64,000 nt of DNA from Klebsiella phage 150049, in the sequence record OP045498.1; one strand, 5' to 3'. The notes under the pieces were generated by a model that worked only from the letters and a program-made list of their open reading frames with translations, ran no database searches and was not told the origin of the DNA. Below, piece by piece: positions 28,678 to 38,899 of this stretch. Numbering within the stretch: position 1 is the stretch's first letter; each line of letters opens with the position of its first letter. The translations under genes were made by a program, and so were the position numbers.

Positions 28678-29891
28678 TCTTTATCCCCATCGGCAGTGCC
28701 TTGCGGTCTACCACCTTCTTGACCAGATACACCTGTTGCAGAACCAGCAACGTTAGCAGGAATACGAATCTTATTCATCTGCTCATCATCTAAAGGTTCA
28801 AGGTTAAGCTCTTCACGAGCTTCGTTACCAGTCATGATACCGTTATTAACCAAAGAGGTTAAATGTTTAGCCTCAGCTTCTTTATCTGGCGTCAGTGCAG
28901 CTACTTCCTTAGTGTTAGGAGTAACCTTGTAGCCAAAGAAGAAAGTAAGAGAACTAGTCAGCTTGTTCAGCATAGGAATGATAGTCATGTAATAGAACAA
29001 TTCGATGTTTGGTCGAATGTTAGCATTATTACCACCATCAAGTAGCACTTGCGGAACACCAAAGGCAAGACAGATGGATTTATTAAATCCTTCGATATCT
29101 TCCTTGAAGTCTAGATCTTTAAAAGAGGATATTTGGGAGTACGGTTTTGCTTTCATACCACCATCTAGAATCAGGACAGTAGACTGACCCGTACTAGGAT
29201 TATAATCGAGTTGTAATTCTTCTTGTTTACGCTCACGCAATTTCTTGTTCAGGATTTCATCCGTCTCAAGAATAAGACCAATCACTGTGCCGTTATCGAG
29301 GAACTTCTCTTTAAAGTTAAGCATCTTAGAACGCTTCTCAAGAGAGTCAATAACTGTAGCAACACGAGATTGTCCAGAAATTTGGGAGTTTGTGCCACAC
29401 ACGTAACTGTTATCCTTTATAAAGATAATCTCATCTACGCGATAGTCTATCTGGTTATTAAATATGAATTTTTTGATAAACTTATTGGCATCTGCCTCTA
29501 CTTGCATTAGTGCAGCAGGGACATGATAAAGTGCTGTGCCATCCCAATAGATGTATGCACAACCCTCAAAAAGTAGGTCAGTGACTACAAGTCTACGGAA
29601 TGTGCTTATATCCATGAATGGATTAGGTCGTACATTTAAGAGAGTGTCTAGAGTCTTTGCCTTGACGCCATTAGCGTACGTGACAATATTATATTTATCT
29701 CCGACAGTATAAGAACACTCCGCCGCACTATCGATAACCATGTTAGCAGTTCGGTTGAGAATCTCAATCTTACTGTAGGCTTGTCCAGTGGTAAATGGCT
29801 TACGGTTAGTGCGATGACTAACGGGTTCCATGTCTCTTATAATACGTTGACCCGGATTTAGCTTTTCAGTAATCCAGCTTTTTAAACCCAT
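28674..29891 (-). CDS. Portal protein (T5 pb7-like), 405 aa
   Basis: Size about the same as T5 pb7 (403 aa). Located between the terminase/HNH genes and the head maturation genes. Confidence 0.75.
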   Translation of the reverse strand: MGLKSWITEKLNPGQRIIRDMEPVSHRTNRKPFTTGQAYSKIEILNRTANMVIDSAAECSYTVGDKYNIVTYANGVKAKTLDTLLNVRPNPFMDISTFRRLVVTDLLFEGCAYIYWDGTALYHVPAALMQVEADANKFIKKFIFNNQIDYRVDEIIFIKDNSYVCGTNSQISGQSRVATVIDSLEKRSKMLNFKEKFLDNGTVIGLILETDEILNKKLRERKQEELQLDYNPSTGQSTVLILDGGMKAKPYSQISSFKDLDFKEDIEGFNKSICLAFGVPQVLLDGGNNANIRPNIELFYYMTIIPMLNKLTSSLTFFFGYKVTPNTKEVAALTPDKEAEAKHLTSLVNNGIMTGNEAREELNLEPLDDEQMNKIRIPANVAGSATGVSGQEGGRPQGTADGDKE

Positions 29892-30328
29892 TATAAGAAC
29901 CTTGCGAATCCTGATTTAGTTTCAGTCTTGACTTGTGTCTTTTCTTGAGGATTCTGTAGCTTTTCCTTTTGTTTAAGAACCCATGCCTTCTGCTTATTAG
30001 CAGAGAAAAGGGGAGGTTCTTTAGTGTACACCTTATGTAATAGTTGGTGATGGTGGACACAAAGGGTAACAGTGTCATCTACTAGCTCATGCCTATATCT
30101 TTCATAGAATGCCGTCCTATTTGAGAGGACTGTTTCTTCGTCAGTGAAATCCAATTGGAGTTCTTTAGCAAATTTTTTAACTAGTAGAGACACTGTATGG
30201 TAATGATGAAGCTCTAATTCTTCACCACAACCACAGATTTCGCAGCGATCGGCTTTTTTATATTGACTTTTTATACCGTCTCGCATGAGTGATATAGCAT
30301 CACGTTTATATTTTACATTTCCTGCCAC
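29891..30328 (-). CDS. HNH endonuclease (packaging-associated or homing-type), about 145 aa from the GTG at 30328; the ORF track extends to 30415
   Basis: Paired Cys/His zinc-finger and HNH motifs: CEICGCGEELELHHYH...CVHHHQLLH. Strong SD GAGGAG 8 nt upstream of the GTG at 30328. Sits between the terminase large subunit and portal genes. Confidence 0.75.
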   Translation of the reverse strand: MAGNVKYKRDAISLMRDGIKSQYKKADRCEICGCGEELELHHYHTVSLLVKKFAKELQLDFTDEETVLSNRTAFYERYRHELVDDTVTLCVHHHQLLHKVYTKEPPLFSANKQKAWVLKQKEKLQNPQEKTQVKTETKSGFARFL

Positions 30329-30442
30329 AGTATTCTCCTCAACTGTATGAATATAGTATACATAATCATGTCGAATTTGTAAAGGGGATTTTAAAATGCA
30401 GGAATGGGATACCAACTGAGTAGTATCCCATCCTATACTTAT

Positions 30443-31759
30443 TTATTTCCCACGGGAAATTGAGTAAATTCCATAACGCAGTGCGTCACAAAGGTGAGAG
30501 TTCGCATCATGACGTGGTTTTTCACGTGATAATTTCTCTTCGCCCTCCTGGAAGTCCCACTTGTAGTTCGCTAGGGCGTGGATCAATGAGGTACATGAAG
30601 CATCTACGATGATCTTACCTTGCTGGAACAGTGCTTGTAGGCATGCCAGACCATCTAGGACAGATTTCTTAGCAGGAGCAGAAGCGATTTCATGTTCATA
30701 TGCCAAGTCCTGACGGAACTGAGCAGCAGCGGAGTCTACAAATATACGATCAACGTTATAACGATCTATACAGTGCTGTATGTAAACAGCGTGTTGAGCT
30801 GTAGTCTTTTCAGCCTGCTGATACTCTTCTAGTACGTAATAAACATCAGTATCATAGTGATACTTGATAGTAAGAACTGCTGTAGGGTCACGATAACCAA
30901 CGTCGATACCAAGTAATGTTTCGAAAGCCTCATCATCTTTAAAGAAGTGACGCATACCTTTGAGGTCTTTAACGTGCTCGATAGCATTGAAGGTATCAAA
31001 GATCTGACCTTCGAATACGGAGAAGTCAGCCTCATATTCTTGACGGAAATAGTTTTTACTAACAGTACGACGCGCTTCTTCGATATCGTTCAGGTCAGCA
31101 CGTGGGTTATCACGATATGTACCATGAATAGATACCCAATTAGGTAGCGTTTCGTTAAATCCTTTCTCATAGAACTCTTTGAACCAGTTACCCCCACGAG
31201 GAGTAGAGATAAATAGAGCTTTAGAGTTTGGCTTATCTAGGGTAGGACGTAACTGAATATCGAAAGCTGCACCACCAACATCGGAAATTGCTGCTTCGTC
31301 AAAAATGATGAAGTCATATGAACGACCAACCGCGGAGTCAGCCTGCGCCGCAGAAGCCAGCTTAAAGAGAGAACCATTCGCTAGTTCAATCTCTTTATCT
31401 TTGGCGTTCTCACGTTCAGTCTGTAATCCATACTTCTTAATAAGACCACGAATCTGTGACCAACCAATGTTAGCCAGTGAGTAGTTAGGTGCAACTACCA
31501 GCACCTTCACATTGGGTTCCAGAAGTTTTAAGAACCCAAGTGTATATGCGATGAATGACTTACCTACACGACGTGATACACATGCAGTCACGAAACGGTG
31601 TCTAGGATCTTCCAGCGCGTTAATAATTGCAACCTGAGGGGCATTAGGTGTAATCCCCTCTTGAGCTAGAATGCTAGAGACCGGCAGACGGAAAAATCGT
31701 TTGTCAATACCAAAGTCAATAACATCTGTGGTGTTAATATAGTCTCTAGAGACTTTCAT
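30443..31759 (-). CDS. terL: Terminase large subunit, 438 aa
   Basis: Walker A VSRRVGKS and ATPase/nuclease architecture. Same size as T5 TerL (438 aa). Confidence 0.9.
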   Translation of the reverse strand: MKVSRDYINTTDVIDFGIDKRFFRLPVSSILAQEGITPNAPQVAIINALEDPRHRFVTACVSRRVGKSFIAYTLGFLKLLEPNVKVLVVAPNYSLANIGWSQIRGLIKKYGLQTERENAKDKEIELANGSLFKLASAAQADSAVGRSYDFIIFDEAAISDVGGAAFDIQLRPTLDKPNSKALFISTPRGGNWFKEFYEKGFNETLPNWVSIHGTYRDNPRADLNDIEEARRTVSKNYFRQEYEADFSVFEGQIFDTFNAIEHVKDLKGMRHFFKDDEAFETLLGIDVGYRDPTAVLTIKYHYDTDVYYVLEEYQQAEKTTAQHAVYIQHCIDRYNVDRIFVDSAAAQFRQDLAYEHEIASAPAKKSVLDGLACLQALFQQGKIIVDASCTSLIHALANYKWDFQEGEEKLSREKPRHDANSHLCDALRYGIYSISRGK

Positions 31760-32241
31760 TATCTCTTACCTCCTCCTGCTAGAGCGGTAATAAGATTCAT
31801 ATAGTTTTCGTCACCACTTCCAGCAATAATATTATTCTGAATGTTAGTCTGGTTAGCCGGAGTACGAGCTGCTGCCTTCACTTTCTCCAGTTCTACCATC
31901 ATTTTCATTTCTTCCATCTTCATCTTGTGCGCCTTCCAGAGAATATCCATGATATCCTGGTCAGAACCCATGCCAGTTTCTTCGAGTTCTTCCAACTTGC
32001 GCTTGATAACTTCATCAAGAACTCCGAATAAGCGGTCACGATTACGGAAGCCACTTTCCATAAAGATATCGTTGAGATAGTTTTTAACTTCCCCACGATT
32101 CATTATATCACGGAATGCAATCTCGGACATTCCAAGACTACGAGCGGCGGCAGGAACATCACTACCGCACTGTAAATAGGCTTCAATAACATCCATGCCT
32201 TCGGGAGACATGAGATCGGGAACTAATACATCATTTGCCAT
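31759..32241 (-). CDS. terS: Putative terminase small subunit / DNA-binding protein, 160 aa
   Basis: Directly upstream of terL with ATGA overlap. N-terminal HTH-like segment ([19 protein letters not shown]). Confidence 0.6.
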   Translation of the reverse strand: MANDVLVPDLMSPEGMDVIEAYLQCGSDVPAAARSLGMSEIAFRDIMNRGEVKNYLNDIFMESGFRNRDRLFGVLDEVIKRKLEELEETGMGSDQDIMDILWKAHKMKMEEMKMMVELEKVKAAARTPANQTNIQNNIIAGSGDENYMNLITALAGGGKR

Positions 32242-32251
32242 ATATCCTCCT

Positions 32252-34033
32252 TTAGGTTAGGCGTTGAACTGTTACACGTAGTCTTGGCAAGAAAACAGCT
32301 GCCGCTTCTGCAGCGTGAATGATAACACCCAACTCAACGTTGCCATTACCAAGGTTTTTAATAGTATAAATATATCCGTTCCTACGGAAAGCAAACTCAT
32401 CAGGCCTACTAGCCCAAGTTTGTGTATAACTATAGGAAGTTGTACTGTGATAAGGTACTAGATATCCAGGTGGCAGAGTAAGAATCTGGTGGAATACACC
32501 ATCACCAGCTGTATAACTTTGTTGACGTCTACCTTGTACCTGCCAAGCGCTACCGCCGTAAGTACGCACAGGCATTCCAGCAGTATTAAGATTACCCATA
32601 ATAACTTCAGTAGTTAATATAACAGTAGAGTGAGCATTTGGTAATCCCAACCAAACTGTGGCCAAAGGTGTGTAGAAGTCACCAGCACCAGGGTAGGATG
32701 GAGTTATATCGTCCCCTACATAAGTACTTGCAACGTTGCCTGGGAATAACCTGAGGGGTACAGTACTAGGACTCCACACAGGTCCATGTTCATTACCAAT
32801 GGAGTTGGTATTAGTATCTACATACCATTGTTTACCTACACCAAATTTATATAAGCTAATTTGAGAAGCTGCACCCCCATAGTTAACAGGAGACCACAAC
32901 CCGCCATTACTAGAGCCGATAAATTCACATCGTGCAGTATTATCACCAAAAACTCCGGTATACGCAGCGTTATTACCAACATACTCCATATCAGGGCGAT
33001 AGCCTAAGTTTCCGAAAGCATTCTGGTTAATAAATTTATAGCCTGTATTTGGTAGGCTAACACCTTTAATAGTAAAGTTAGATGGAGATATTAGGATATC
33101 TGAACCGGTAAATGGATTACCAGAAACTCCCATACTACCATTAGAATAGCGCAGATTTAGCACATACCAAATAACCTTAGTTGGCGTAACGTTATACCAG
33201 TCCTGTACATATACCTTTCTAGCAGACTGAGCAGCCATATTAGAAGTAGAACCTCTACAAACATATATTTTTTCTGGGTATGCAGGAGATTGGTAAAGAA
33301 CGTTTACGTTATCTGGTAGTACGCCTTTTTTACCTGCGAAGCCACGAATATTAGAACTACAAACATAAAACCAATCATGGCCTCTACCAGCAGAACCAAT
33401 AGGCGCCTGCCAGTTAGGTTCCCAATAATCTGCGTTACCACCATCTAAAGGAACAGTAGAGACACCGGTTGGAAAACCCATAAGACTCCAGGCTCTGGCA
33501 ATGGCTTCACCAGCAGAAACACCACCAGGTCTAAAGATCTGGAAACCAGAGGACTGTAGTAAACTGCCTCCAGAACCTTGCCGAGCAATAGATTCCTCAT
33601 GACCAAGACCACCATTATAGATATAGGTACCATGAGCTAAACTATCACCGATCGCAAAAGCAGATGTTACAGATAATTCAGCACCAGCACGTGGTGGGTC
33701 TTCAAAGAATGATAAGAACTGGCCAACCTGAGATTGAGTACCATTGAGGAATCCTCTATGGGTACCATTAATCTCAATAGCAGTTAATATAACTCTACCC
33801 GGATCATTGGATTTAATATTTATAATATCCCAAGGCATCTGAGTAACAAAGTATCCATTACCTGCATTACCTAGAGCCGCTTCATAAGTCCCATCAACCA
33901 GGACGAAAGGCATATCTGAGTGAAAGATACTATTAGTATTTGGAGAGTAGTGTTCACCAGTATCACCACCATTAGCAGCGTTTAGCGATAATACAGTTTT
34001 ACCATCACTAAATTTTCCTGCGAAAAAACTCAT
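32252..34033 (-). CDS. Receptor-binding tail tip protein (pb5/Oad-like), 593 aa
   Basis: Gly/Asn/Ser/Tyr-rich composition. Divergently paired with a small Llp-like lipoprotein gene, exactly as T5 oad-llp. Last gene of the late block. Confidence 0.6.
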   Translation of the reverse strand: MSFFAGKFSDGKTVLSLNAANGGDTGEHYSPNTNSIFHSDMPFVLVDGTYEAALGNAGNGYFVTQMPWDIINIKSNDPGRVILTAIEINGTHRGFLNGTQSQVGQFLSFFEDPPRAGAELSVTSAFAIGDSLAHGTYIYNGGLGHEESIARQGSGGSLLQSSGFQIFRPGGVSAGEAIARAWSLMGFPTGVSTVPLDGGNADYWEPNWQAPIGSAGRGHDWFYVCSSNIRGFAGKKGVLPDNVNVLYQSPAYPEKIYVCRGSTSNMAAQSARKVYVQDWYNVTPTKVIWYVLNLRYSNGSMGVSGNPFTGSDILISPSNFTIKGVSLPNTGYKFINQNAFGNLGYRPDMEYVGNNAAYTGVFGDNTARCEFIGSSNGGLWSPVNYGGAASQISLYKFGVGKQWYVDTNTNSIGNEHGPVWSPSTVPLRLFPGNVASTYVGDDITPSYPGAGDFYTPLATVWLGLPNAHSTVILTTEVIMGNLNTAGMPVRTYGGSAWQVQGRRQQSYTAGDGVFHQILTLPPGYLVPYHSTTSYSYTQTWASRPDEFAFRRNGYIYTIKNLGNGNVELGVIIHAAEAAAVFLPRLRVTVQRLT

Positions 34034-34116
34034 ACAATCTCCTTCTTTAAAAATGTATTTGCTTAGATCCCTCTATTTTGCTATAATATATTTATAAATT
34101 AAACAGAGGAACGATT

Positions 34117-34383
34117 ATGAAAAAGTTACTAGCTATCGTAGTTGCAGCAGTAGTGTTGACGGGTTGTGTACCAGCTCCCGAGCCATTTTGTAAGGCATAT
34201 GTGAAGTCTTATGGTCATGTTGGTGAAGAACACTATGCTTTAGATATTCGAGAAGCACGTACTGTAGGCTACCGATTCCCTAAAACTCAGTTACGCACTA
34301 AGTTTGGGTGGTGGGATTTGTCACAGTTTGATCTCAAATATGGCGATTGCAAATTTAAACTAGAACAATCTGGTCACTTGTAA
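34117..34383 (+). CDS. llp: Lytic-conversion lipoprotein (Llp-like receptor-blocking superinfection-exclusion lipoprotein), 88 aa
   Basis: Signal peptide plus lipobox LTGC (MKKLLAIVVAAVVLTGC). Divergent from the RBP gene with its own sigma70 promoter (TTGCTT, 17 bp, TATAAT at 34084-34089). Confidence 0.75.
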   Translation: MKKLLAIVVAAVVLTGCVPAPEPFCKAYVKSYGHVGEEHYALDIREARTVGYRFPKTQLRTKFGWWDLSQFDLKYGDCKFKLEQSGHL

Positions 34384-34457
34384 TTAGTATAAAGTAAAAA
34401 GATCTCGAAGTAAACAAAAATTTTTATTTCTGGGATGAGGTACAGGTAGCAAACACA

Positions 34458-34772
34458 ATGCAAGATGTAGAAAAGTCCTTTCAGGAACCTGTTAACTTTG
34501 AAATAGATCCCAGGACTAAAGCAATACATGATGCGATTAACGAAATCATTCAAGACGTCATAGAAGATACAATAGAAGACGTGATGGGAACATCCTTCTT
34601 ACTAGAAGAGTCCGGCTTCGATGAAGTAATGGATCTTATCGGGACAGTCATAATGGTTCGTGCAATTGCTAGGATATTCCAAATACCAGGACTACAGGAG
34701 AAGCAAAGAGATGTCAGACGACAACAGAAGAAAGAACAGACGCGGGGAAGTGTACGAAAGTTGGATAAATAG
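34458..34772 (+). CDS. Hypothetical acidic protein, 104 aa
   Basis: ORF with plausible start. Partly overlaps the next small ORF. Confidence 0.4.
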   Translation: MQDVEKSFQEPVNFEIDPRTKAIHDAINEIIQDVIEDTIEDVMGTSFLLEESGFDEVMDLIGTVIMVRAIARIFQIPGLQEKQRDVRRQQKKEQTRGSVRKLDK

Positions 34773-34948
34773 TTTCGGATTCGGAACTGTATTATTCTTT
34801 ATCTTTGTACTCTTTTGGTTAGCAGCTATGGCGGGGTGGTTATAATGGAAGTAGTAATTATTGCTTTACTAGTTGTGGTAATTATCGGGCAGTGCATTCT
34901 AGATAACCACTTAGCTCGTATCGAACGTAAGCTGCGGGGAGATAAATA

Positions 34949-35194
34949 ATGTTTAGCTTTGTAGCTATCTTCATTATCGGGGTGCTTGCGGGAATCTTCG
35001 GAACACTCGGGGCTATTAACAAGCATCGGGAATATGTTGCGGGAGTATCGCGGGAGCTTTCGGAAAGGGAGCGGAGGTTTGCGGAGAAACGTGCGGAGTT
35101 TGAGCGGGAGTGGTCGGATGGATCTCGGGCATCGCGGAGGAGATTTCGTATGTCAGAATCGGGGGATAAGCCAGTAGATAGGAGAAGCTCATGA
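34949..35194 (+). CDS. Hypothetical small membrane protein (N-terminal TM helix, Arg/Glu-rich tail), 81 aa
   Basis: TM segment FSFVAIFIIGVLAGIFGTLGAI, then charged repeats. Lies in an unusual CGGGAG-rich island. Confidence 0.4.
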   Translation: MFSFVAIFIIGVLAGIFGTLGAINKHREYVAGVSRELSERERRFAEKRAEFEREWSDGSRASRRRFRMSESGDKPVDRRSS

Positions 35195-35406
35195 AAGAAT
35201 TCGGGCGGTTTTTCGGGGAGTTTGAGATAACTCAAGAAGAACTAGAAAAGATGGGCATCACTCAGGAGTTGCTACAGGTTCTTCCTAAGTCTTCGGAAAT
35301 TCCAGAAGGATTTATGAGATTTGATGAAGCTATTGAGTATATCAATAATCTTGTTAAGACTGACCCTCTATGGCAGTCCATTCTCAAGCAGTCAGTCCAT
35401 AAATAG
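35191..35406 (+). CDS. Hypothetical protein, 71 aa
   Basis: ATGA-coupled to the previous ORF. Confidence 0.4.
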   Translation: MKEFGRFFGEFEITQEELEKMGITQELLQVLPKSSEIPEGFMRFDEAIEYINNLVKTDPLWQSILKQSVHK

Positions 35407-35564
35407 CGCTAATTTGACTTTTGCCAAATCTCATAAGATTACACATGAAGGTGTGCCCAGAGGTTCCCTAGATGAGAATGAGTCTCATTACCGCCCCGGT
35501 ACTTAGCAAGCTAATAGTCACACCATGTTATCGTTACACAGTGTGACTATTTTATTTTTAATTG

Positions 35565-36299
35565 TTAGGCAACTTTTAATTTATCAATGAATTGTTGCGG
35601 AGTGGTACTATATTCCGCGCGTTCTTCCTCGGTCATACCTTCCCAACACATTTTTAAACGTTCGGCTAGGAATTGATAATCGTTATCATCATCTAACGAT
35701 TCATCAATAAAGGTTTCACCGATCAATGTTACCCCGATTGATAGGATATCATTAACGGCTTGAGCGTCCAGCGTTTTAAATCCAGCACTTGCCGCCGCTG
35801 ATAATACACCTTTATGATCATCAATCATCGTAAAATCAGCGTTAGGATATAGCTGTTTAAACAGTTCAAAGTAATAAGACTTATATACAGCGTCTTTGCT
35901 GTGATATATTTCGCTAACCTTACCCGCTTCAAAGTATTTATGTAATGTATCGCGGGAAAATACGCGAATATTACTATTTCCGCGCCCTCTTAGACTTTGT
36001 TTACGCAAGAAATAATAATCAGATTTACCCATTAAGCGAGCGGTACAAATAAGGTTTAAGGTATTGGGATCATTCATACATTGGCGCATATATTCAACCA
36101 ATGGCAATAAAGAATCCTGCATAATTAAATCATGCTTGCAGGCTTCGCGGGAATATTTATTTAAATCTAAATTCCCATTATCATCAAAACAAGGCCCGAC
36201 ACGGTGCATTGAGTTAATGATTGTACCGTCTAAATCCCAAATCATAACGCGGGAAATATGCGGGAAAGTGCGGGTAATATTCATGTTGACTTGATTCAT
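35565..36299 (-). CDS. dmp: 5'-deoxyribonucleotidase (T5 pre-early Dmp-like, HAD family), 244 aa
   Basis: HAD motif I (MIWDLDGTIIN). Size is the same as T5 Dmp (244 aa). Position near the inferred left terminus, as in T5. Confidence 0.8.
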   Translation of the reverse strand: MNQVNMNITRTFPHISRVMIWDLDGTIINSMHRVGPCFDDNGNLDLNKYSREACKHDLIMQDSLLPLVEYMRQCMNDPNTLNLICTARLMGKSDYYFLRKQSLRGRGNSNIRVFSRDTLHKYFEAGKVSEIYHSKDAVYKSYYFELFKQLYPNADFTMIDDHKGVLSAAASAGFKTLDAQAVNDILSIGVTLIGETFIDESLDDDNDYQFLAERLKMCWEGMTEEERAEYSTTPQQFIDKLKVA

Positions 36300-36386
36300 T
36301 TGTTACATTCTCCATTTAAGGGATTTAGGTTAATTCAATCTTGCCAGCTAATTATATTGGATTAGCTGGCAATGTTCAATTAACTA

Positions 36387-36779
36387 TTAGTTAGTGAGGC
36401 CATACGCTAGCGCGTCACCGATAAAGCTAAGATCTTCACCATGTACGCTAGAGCGAATCCCCGCGCAAGTGTAAACCATCGCGCTAGCTTCGGGATTGCA
36501 GACCGGACACGGCTTAACAACTGCAAACGCTAGACCGGATTTAAGCGCATCAATAATAATTGTTTGCACTGTCAAAGTATCAGCGTAAACGCCTTTTGCT
36601 TTTGTATGGCTTGCCACTTTGCCGGTATCATAAGCAAAGGTAGTAACCTGCAAAGCGTCGTTATAATTCAGCAAATCAAAATTAACTTGCCCCGCCTCGA
36701 CGTGATAACGTTCACCATTAGAATAAACTAAAACGATGGAAGAAGTAGCACGATCAAAAGGAATGTTTTGGTTTTTCAT
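36387..36779 (-). CDS. Hypothetical pre-early protein, 130 aa
   Basis: ORF between A1 and dmp, same strand. Confidence 0.5.
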   Translation of the reverse strand: MKNQNIPFDRATSSIVLVYSNGERYHVEAGQVNFDLLNYNDALQVTTFAYDTGKVASHTKAKGVYADTLTVQTIIIDALKSGLAFAVVKPCPVCNPEASAMVYTCAGIRSSVHGEDLSFIGDALAYGLTN

Positions 36780-36815
36780 GTTTATGACTCCAGATTATTT
36801 AATTACGGGATTAAT

Positions 36816-37073
36816 TTATTTAATTGCAATTGTTAATTGATACGGCGTTAATTCGCCGTTATTAGTAATACTTTGATCATCTAACCATTCCATAAAGTCA
36901 GAATAATCATTAAACGTTAATACGTCATTATCACGGGTATCAACTGCAATAATACAACCTGTATTCGTCGGACTAGCCAACATATAATCGAATTGGTATA
37001 CCTTGCCGCATTCCATATCATCCGGCGTTATATACTGCTTTTTATCCAGTGTTTTAGGTAATACAATATTCAT
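36816..37073 (-). CDS. Hypothetical pre-early protein, 85 aa
   Basis: ORF downstream of A1, same strand. Confidence 0.45.
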   Translation of the reverse strand: MNIVLPKTLDKKQYITPDDMECGKVYQFDYMLASPTNTGCIIAVDTRDNDVLTFNDYSDFMEWLDDQSITNNGELTPYQLTIAIK

Positions 37074-37125
37074 TTAATAAACCTTTTATTAATGGCGGTA
37101 TATTTCAACCGCCGATTAAATTTAA

Positions 37126-38790
37126 TTATGCAAAGAATTTACCGTTCTTAAAGTCAATCAATGTTCTTTGACCGTTTGCATAGGTAATTAAATGCGTTTG
37201 CGTCCAGCTTGACGCGCCCACGTTGTAGCCCATATCAAGGGAACCAGCAACGCCAGCGGTATAAACGCCGCCGTAAATGCTAGCCGTGTGAGTGTGACCA
37301 GTGTTAAGGCGTCCAAGTTTCTTAAACTGCTTAGGATTGCCCCGACTGCCGTTAATGCCATTGTGACCATGTACGCCGCATTCAATGCCAGCGATTTTAA
37401 ACGACTGGTCAGTAGTCAGGAAAATAGCGTTAAATTCGCATCCTGCGACGTTCCGCAAGGCGTAATCTAGCACGTTAAAGGTATCATCCTTTTCAGCAAT
37501 AGCGGCGTAAATCGCAGCGTTTAGACGGTGATACAATTCCGCGTTTGCGGGATCGTCTTTGATGTTAGCATTACGATCATCCAGCCAACGAGATAACGCT
37601 AGATCATGGTTAGATTCAACAATGATTGTTTGAGAGAAATCACGCTCCATAGATTCCAACACGCGACCGGTATCGATAAGATCATCTAGAACTTTGTCAC
37701 GTCCGGCGGCGTATTGTTTAGCAAGGAATACACCACTAGCGCGGTTATGATGATTGCGGGATGTAAAATCGTGCACGTCATGGACAAACTGATATTTAGG
37801 CTTGAGAATATCAAGCAAGCTGTTTTCACTAGCCCATGACGCAACGGCGCATTCATCATCTAATTTTTCGGCGTGAATATCACCATATTGCAAGCCTAAA
37901 ACGTGTCCAGACGTTTCATAACATCCGGCAGGAGTAGCGCAAATATTCAAATCATAAAACATTCCGCTTTCGTCCATTGTTTCAAGCTGGCGCACAAAAA
38001 ATTCGCCGTCGTCGTCAAACTCCACCAGCAAAGCGCCGAAATTATGCAGCGCCTCGGCTTTTTGACCTGCTTTCTGCTGAATGTAGTTTTTAAGCGTAGC
38101 CGTTCCGGTTGAATACATACGGCGCACTACTTCACCTTTTAACGCTGGCACACTTTCAGCGGTAATTTTAGCGTGACCAATTGCCAGACCTTCAATATTT
38201 AAAGCCGTGGCGGTTTCTGCGAATCCTGAAAGCGGATAGTCTGCCGTTGGTAACACGTTAATTTCAGCCATGAAAGCAAAACGGCGATTATTTAAAAATA
38301 CGTTTTTCTCGCAAATATATTTATTAAATGCGGGATCGTATTTAATGCCTTCGTTACCTTCTCCATTCTGGAAGCCGTTTTTATTGTAAATGAATTTACT
38401 AACCAGCAATTCACCGCCGATATATTCAGCGAATTTTTCCAGACTTGCTAAAAAGTTTTTATGCGGGAAAGTATTATTTTGAATCGACGTTAGAATAAAA
38501 CGGCGACCGGATTTAACTTCCCACTGTTCCACGGTACTAGAAACAATTCCCGCCGCTTCGGGGCGATCATCATTTTTAATCGCCTTTTCAGCTTTTGCCG
38601 CTTTCGGTTTTGCTGGCTTATTTGCTTCCAACCAGTCGCAAATTGCGGTTGAATGTTTCGTTGTATCGTAAACAGCTTTTGATATATCGTCGCAAACTTC
38701 CAGCTTAGTAGCGCGTAAACGTTTACCGTAGAAATTAAAATCAGCGGCAAGTTTAACGATCTGGGCTTGTTTTTCTGCGGAAATATTCAT
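37126..38790 (-). CDS. A1: Pre-early protein A1-like (host DNA degradation / second-step transfer factor) with calcineurin-like metallophosphoesterase motifs, 554 aa
   Basis: Size about the same as T5 A1 (556 aa). Motifs GDIHAE...D, ...GNHD-like ESNHD..., GHTHTAS. Order dmp - A1 - A2 as in the T5 terminal repeat. Confidence 0.8.
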   Translation of the reverse strand: MNISAEKQAQIVKLAADFNFYGKRLRATKLEVCDDISKAVYDTTKHSTAICDWLEANKPAKPKAAKAEKAIKNDDRPEAAGIVSSTVEQWEVKSGRRFILTSIQNNTFPHKNFLASLEKFAEYIGGELLVSKFIYNKNGFQNGEGNEGIKYDPAFNKYICEKNVFLNNRRFAFMAEINVLPTADYPLSGFAETATALNIEGLAIGHAKITAESVPALKGEVVRRMYSTGTATLKNYIQQKAGQKAEALHNFGALLVEFDDDGEFFVRQLETMDESGMFYDLNICATPAGCYETSGHVLGLQYGDIHAEKLDDECAVASWASENSLLDILKPKYQFVHDVHDFTSRNHHNRASGVFLAKQYAAGRDKVLDDLIDTGRVLESMERDFSQTIIVESNHDLALSRWLDDRNANIKDDPANAELYHRLNAAIYAAIAEKDDTFNVLDYALRNVAGCEFNAIFLTTDQSFKIAGIECGVHGHNGINGSRGNPKQFKKLGRLNTGHTHTASIYGGVYTAGVAGSLDMGYNVGASSWTQTHLITYANGQRTLIDFKNGKFFA

Positions 38791-38899
38791 AACTAATTCA
38801 ACTCCTATAAAGGGATAAAGATTAAAGCTGGCAATATTGCCAAATATAACGCCTTGCCTGAAGTGAGGACAATTTAAAAGGCGTTATAATTTGCAACAT

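Noticed and set aside
29866-30078. 70-aa - strand ORF overlapping the HNH gene 3' end in another frame
   Set aside because: Nested within the HNH coding region. Lys/Arg-rich translation from AT-rich sequence. No independent signals.
34826-35235. Overlapping - strand ORFs (66 and 117 aa) through the CGGGAG-rich island
   Set aside because: Products of the repetitive GC-rich sequence (Arg/Ser/Pro-rich). They run opposite to the local + strand small-gene series. Retained only as part of the repeat observation.
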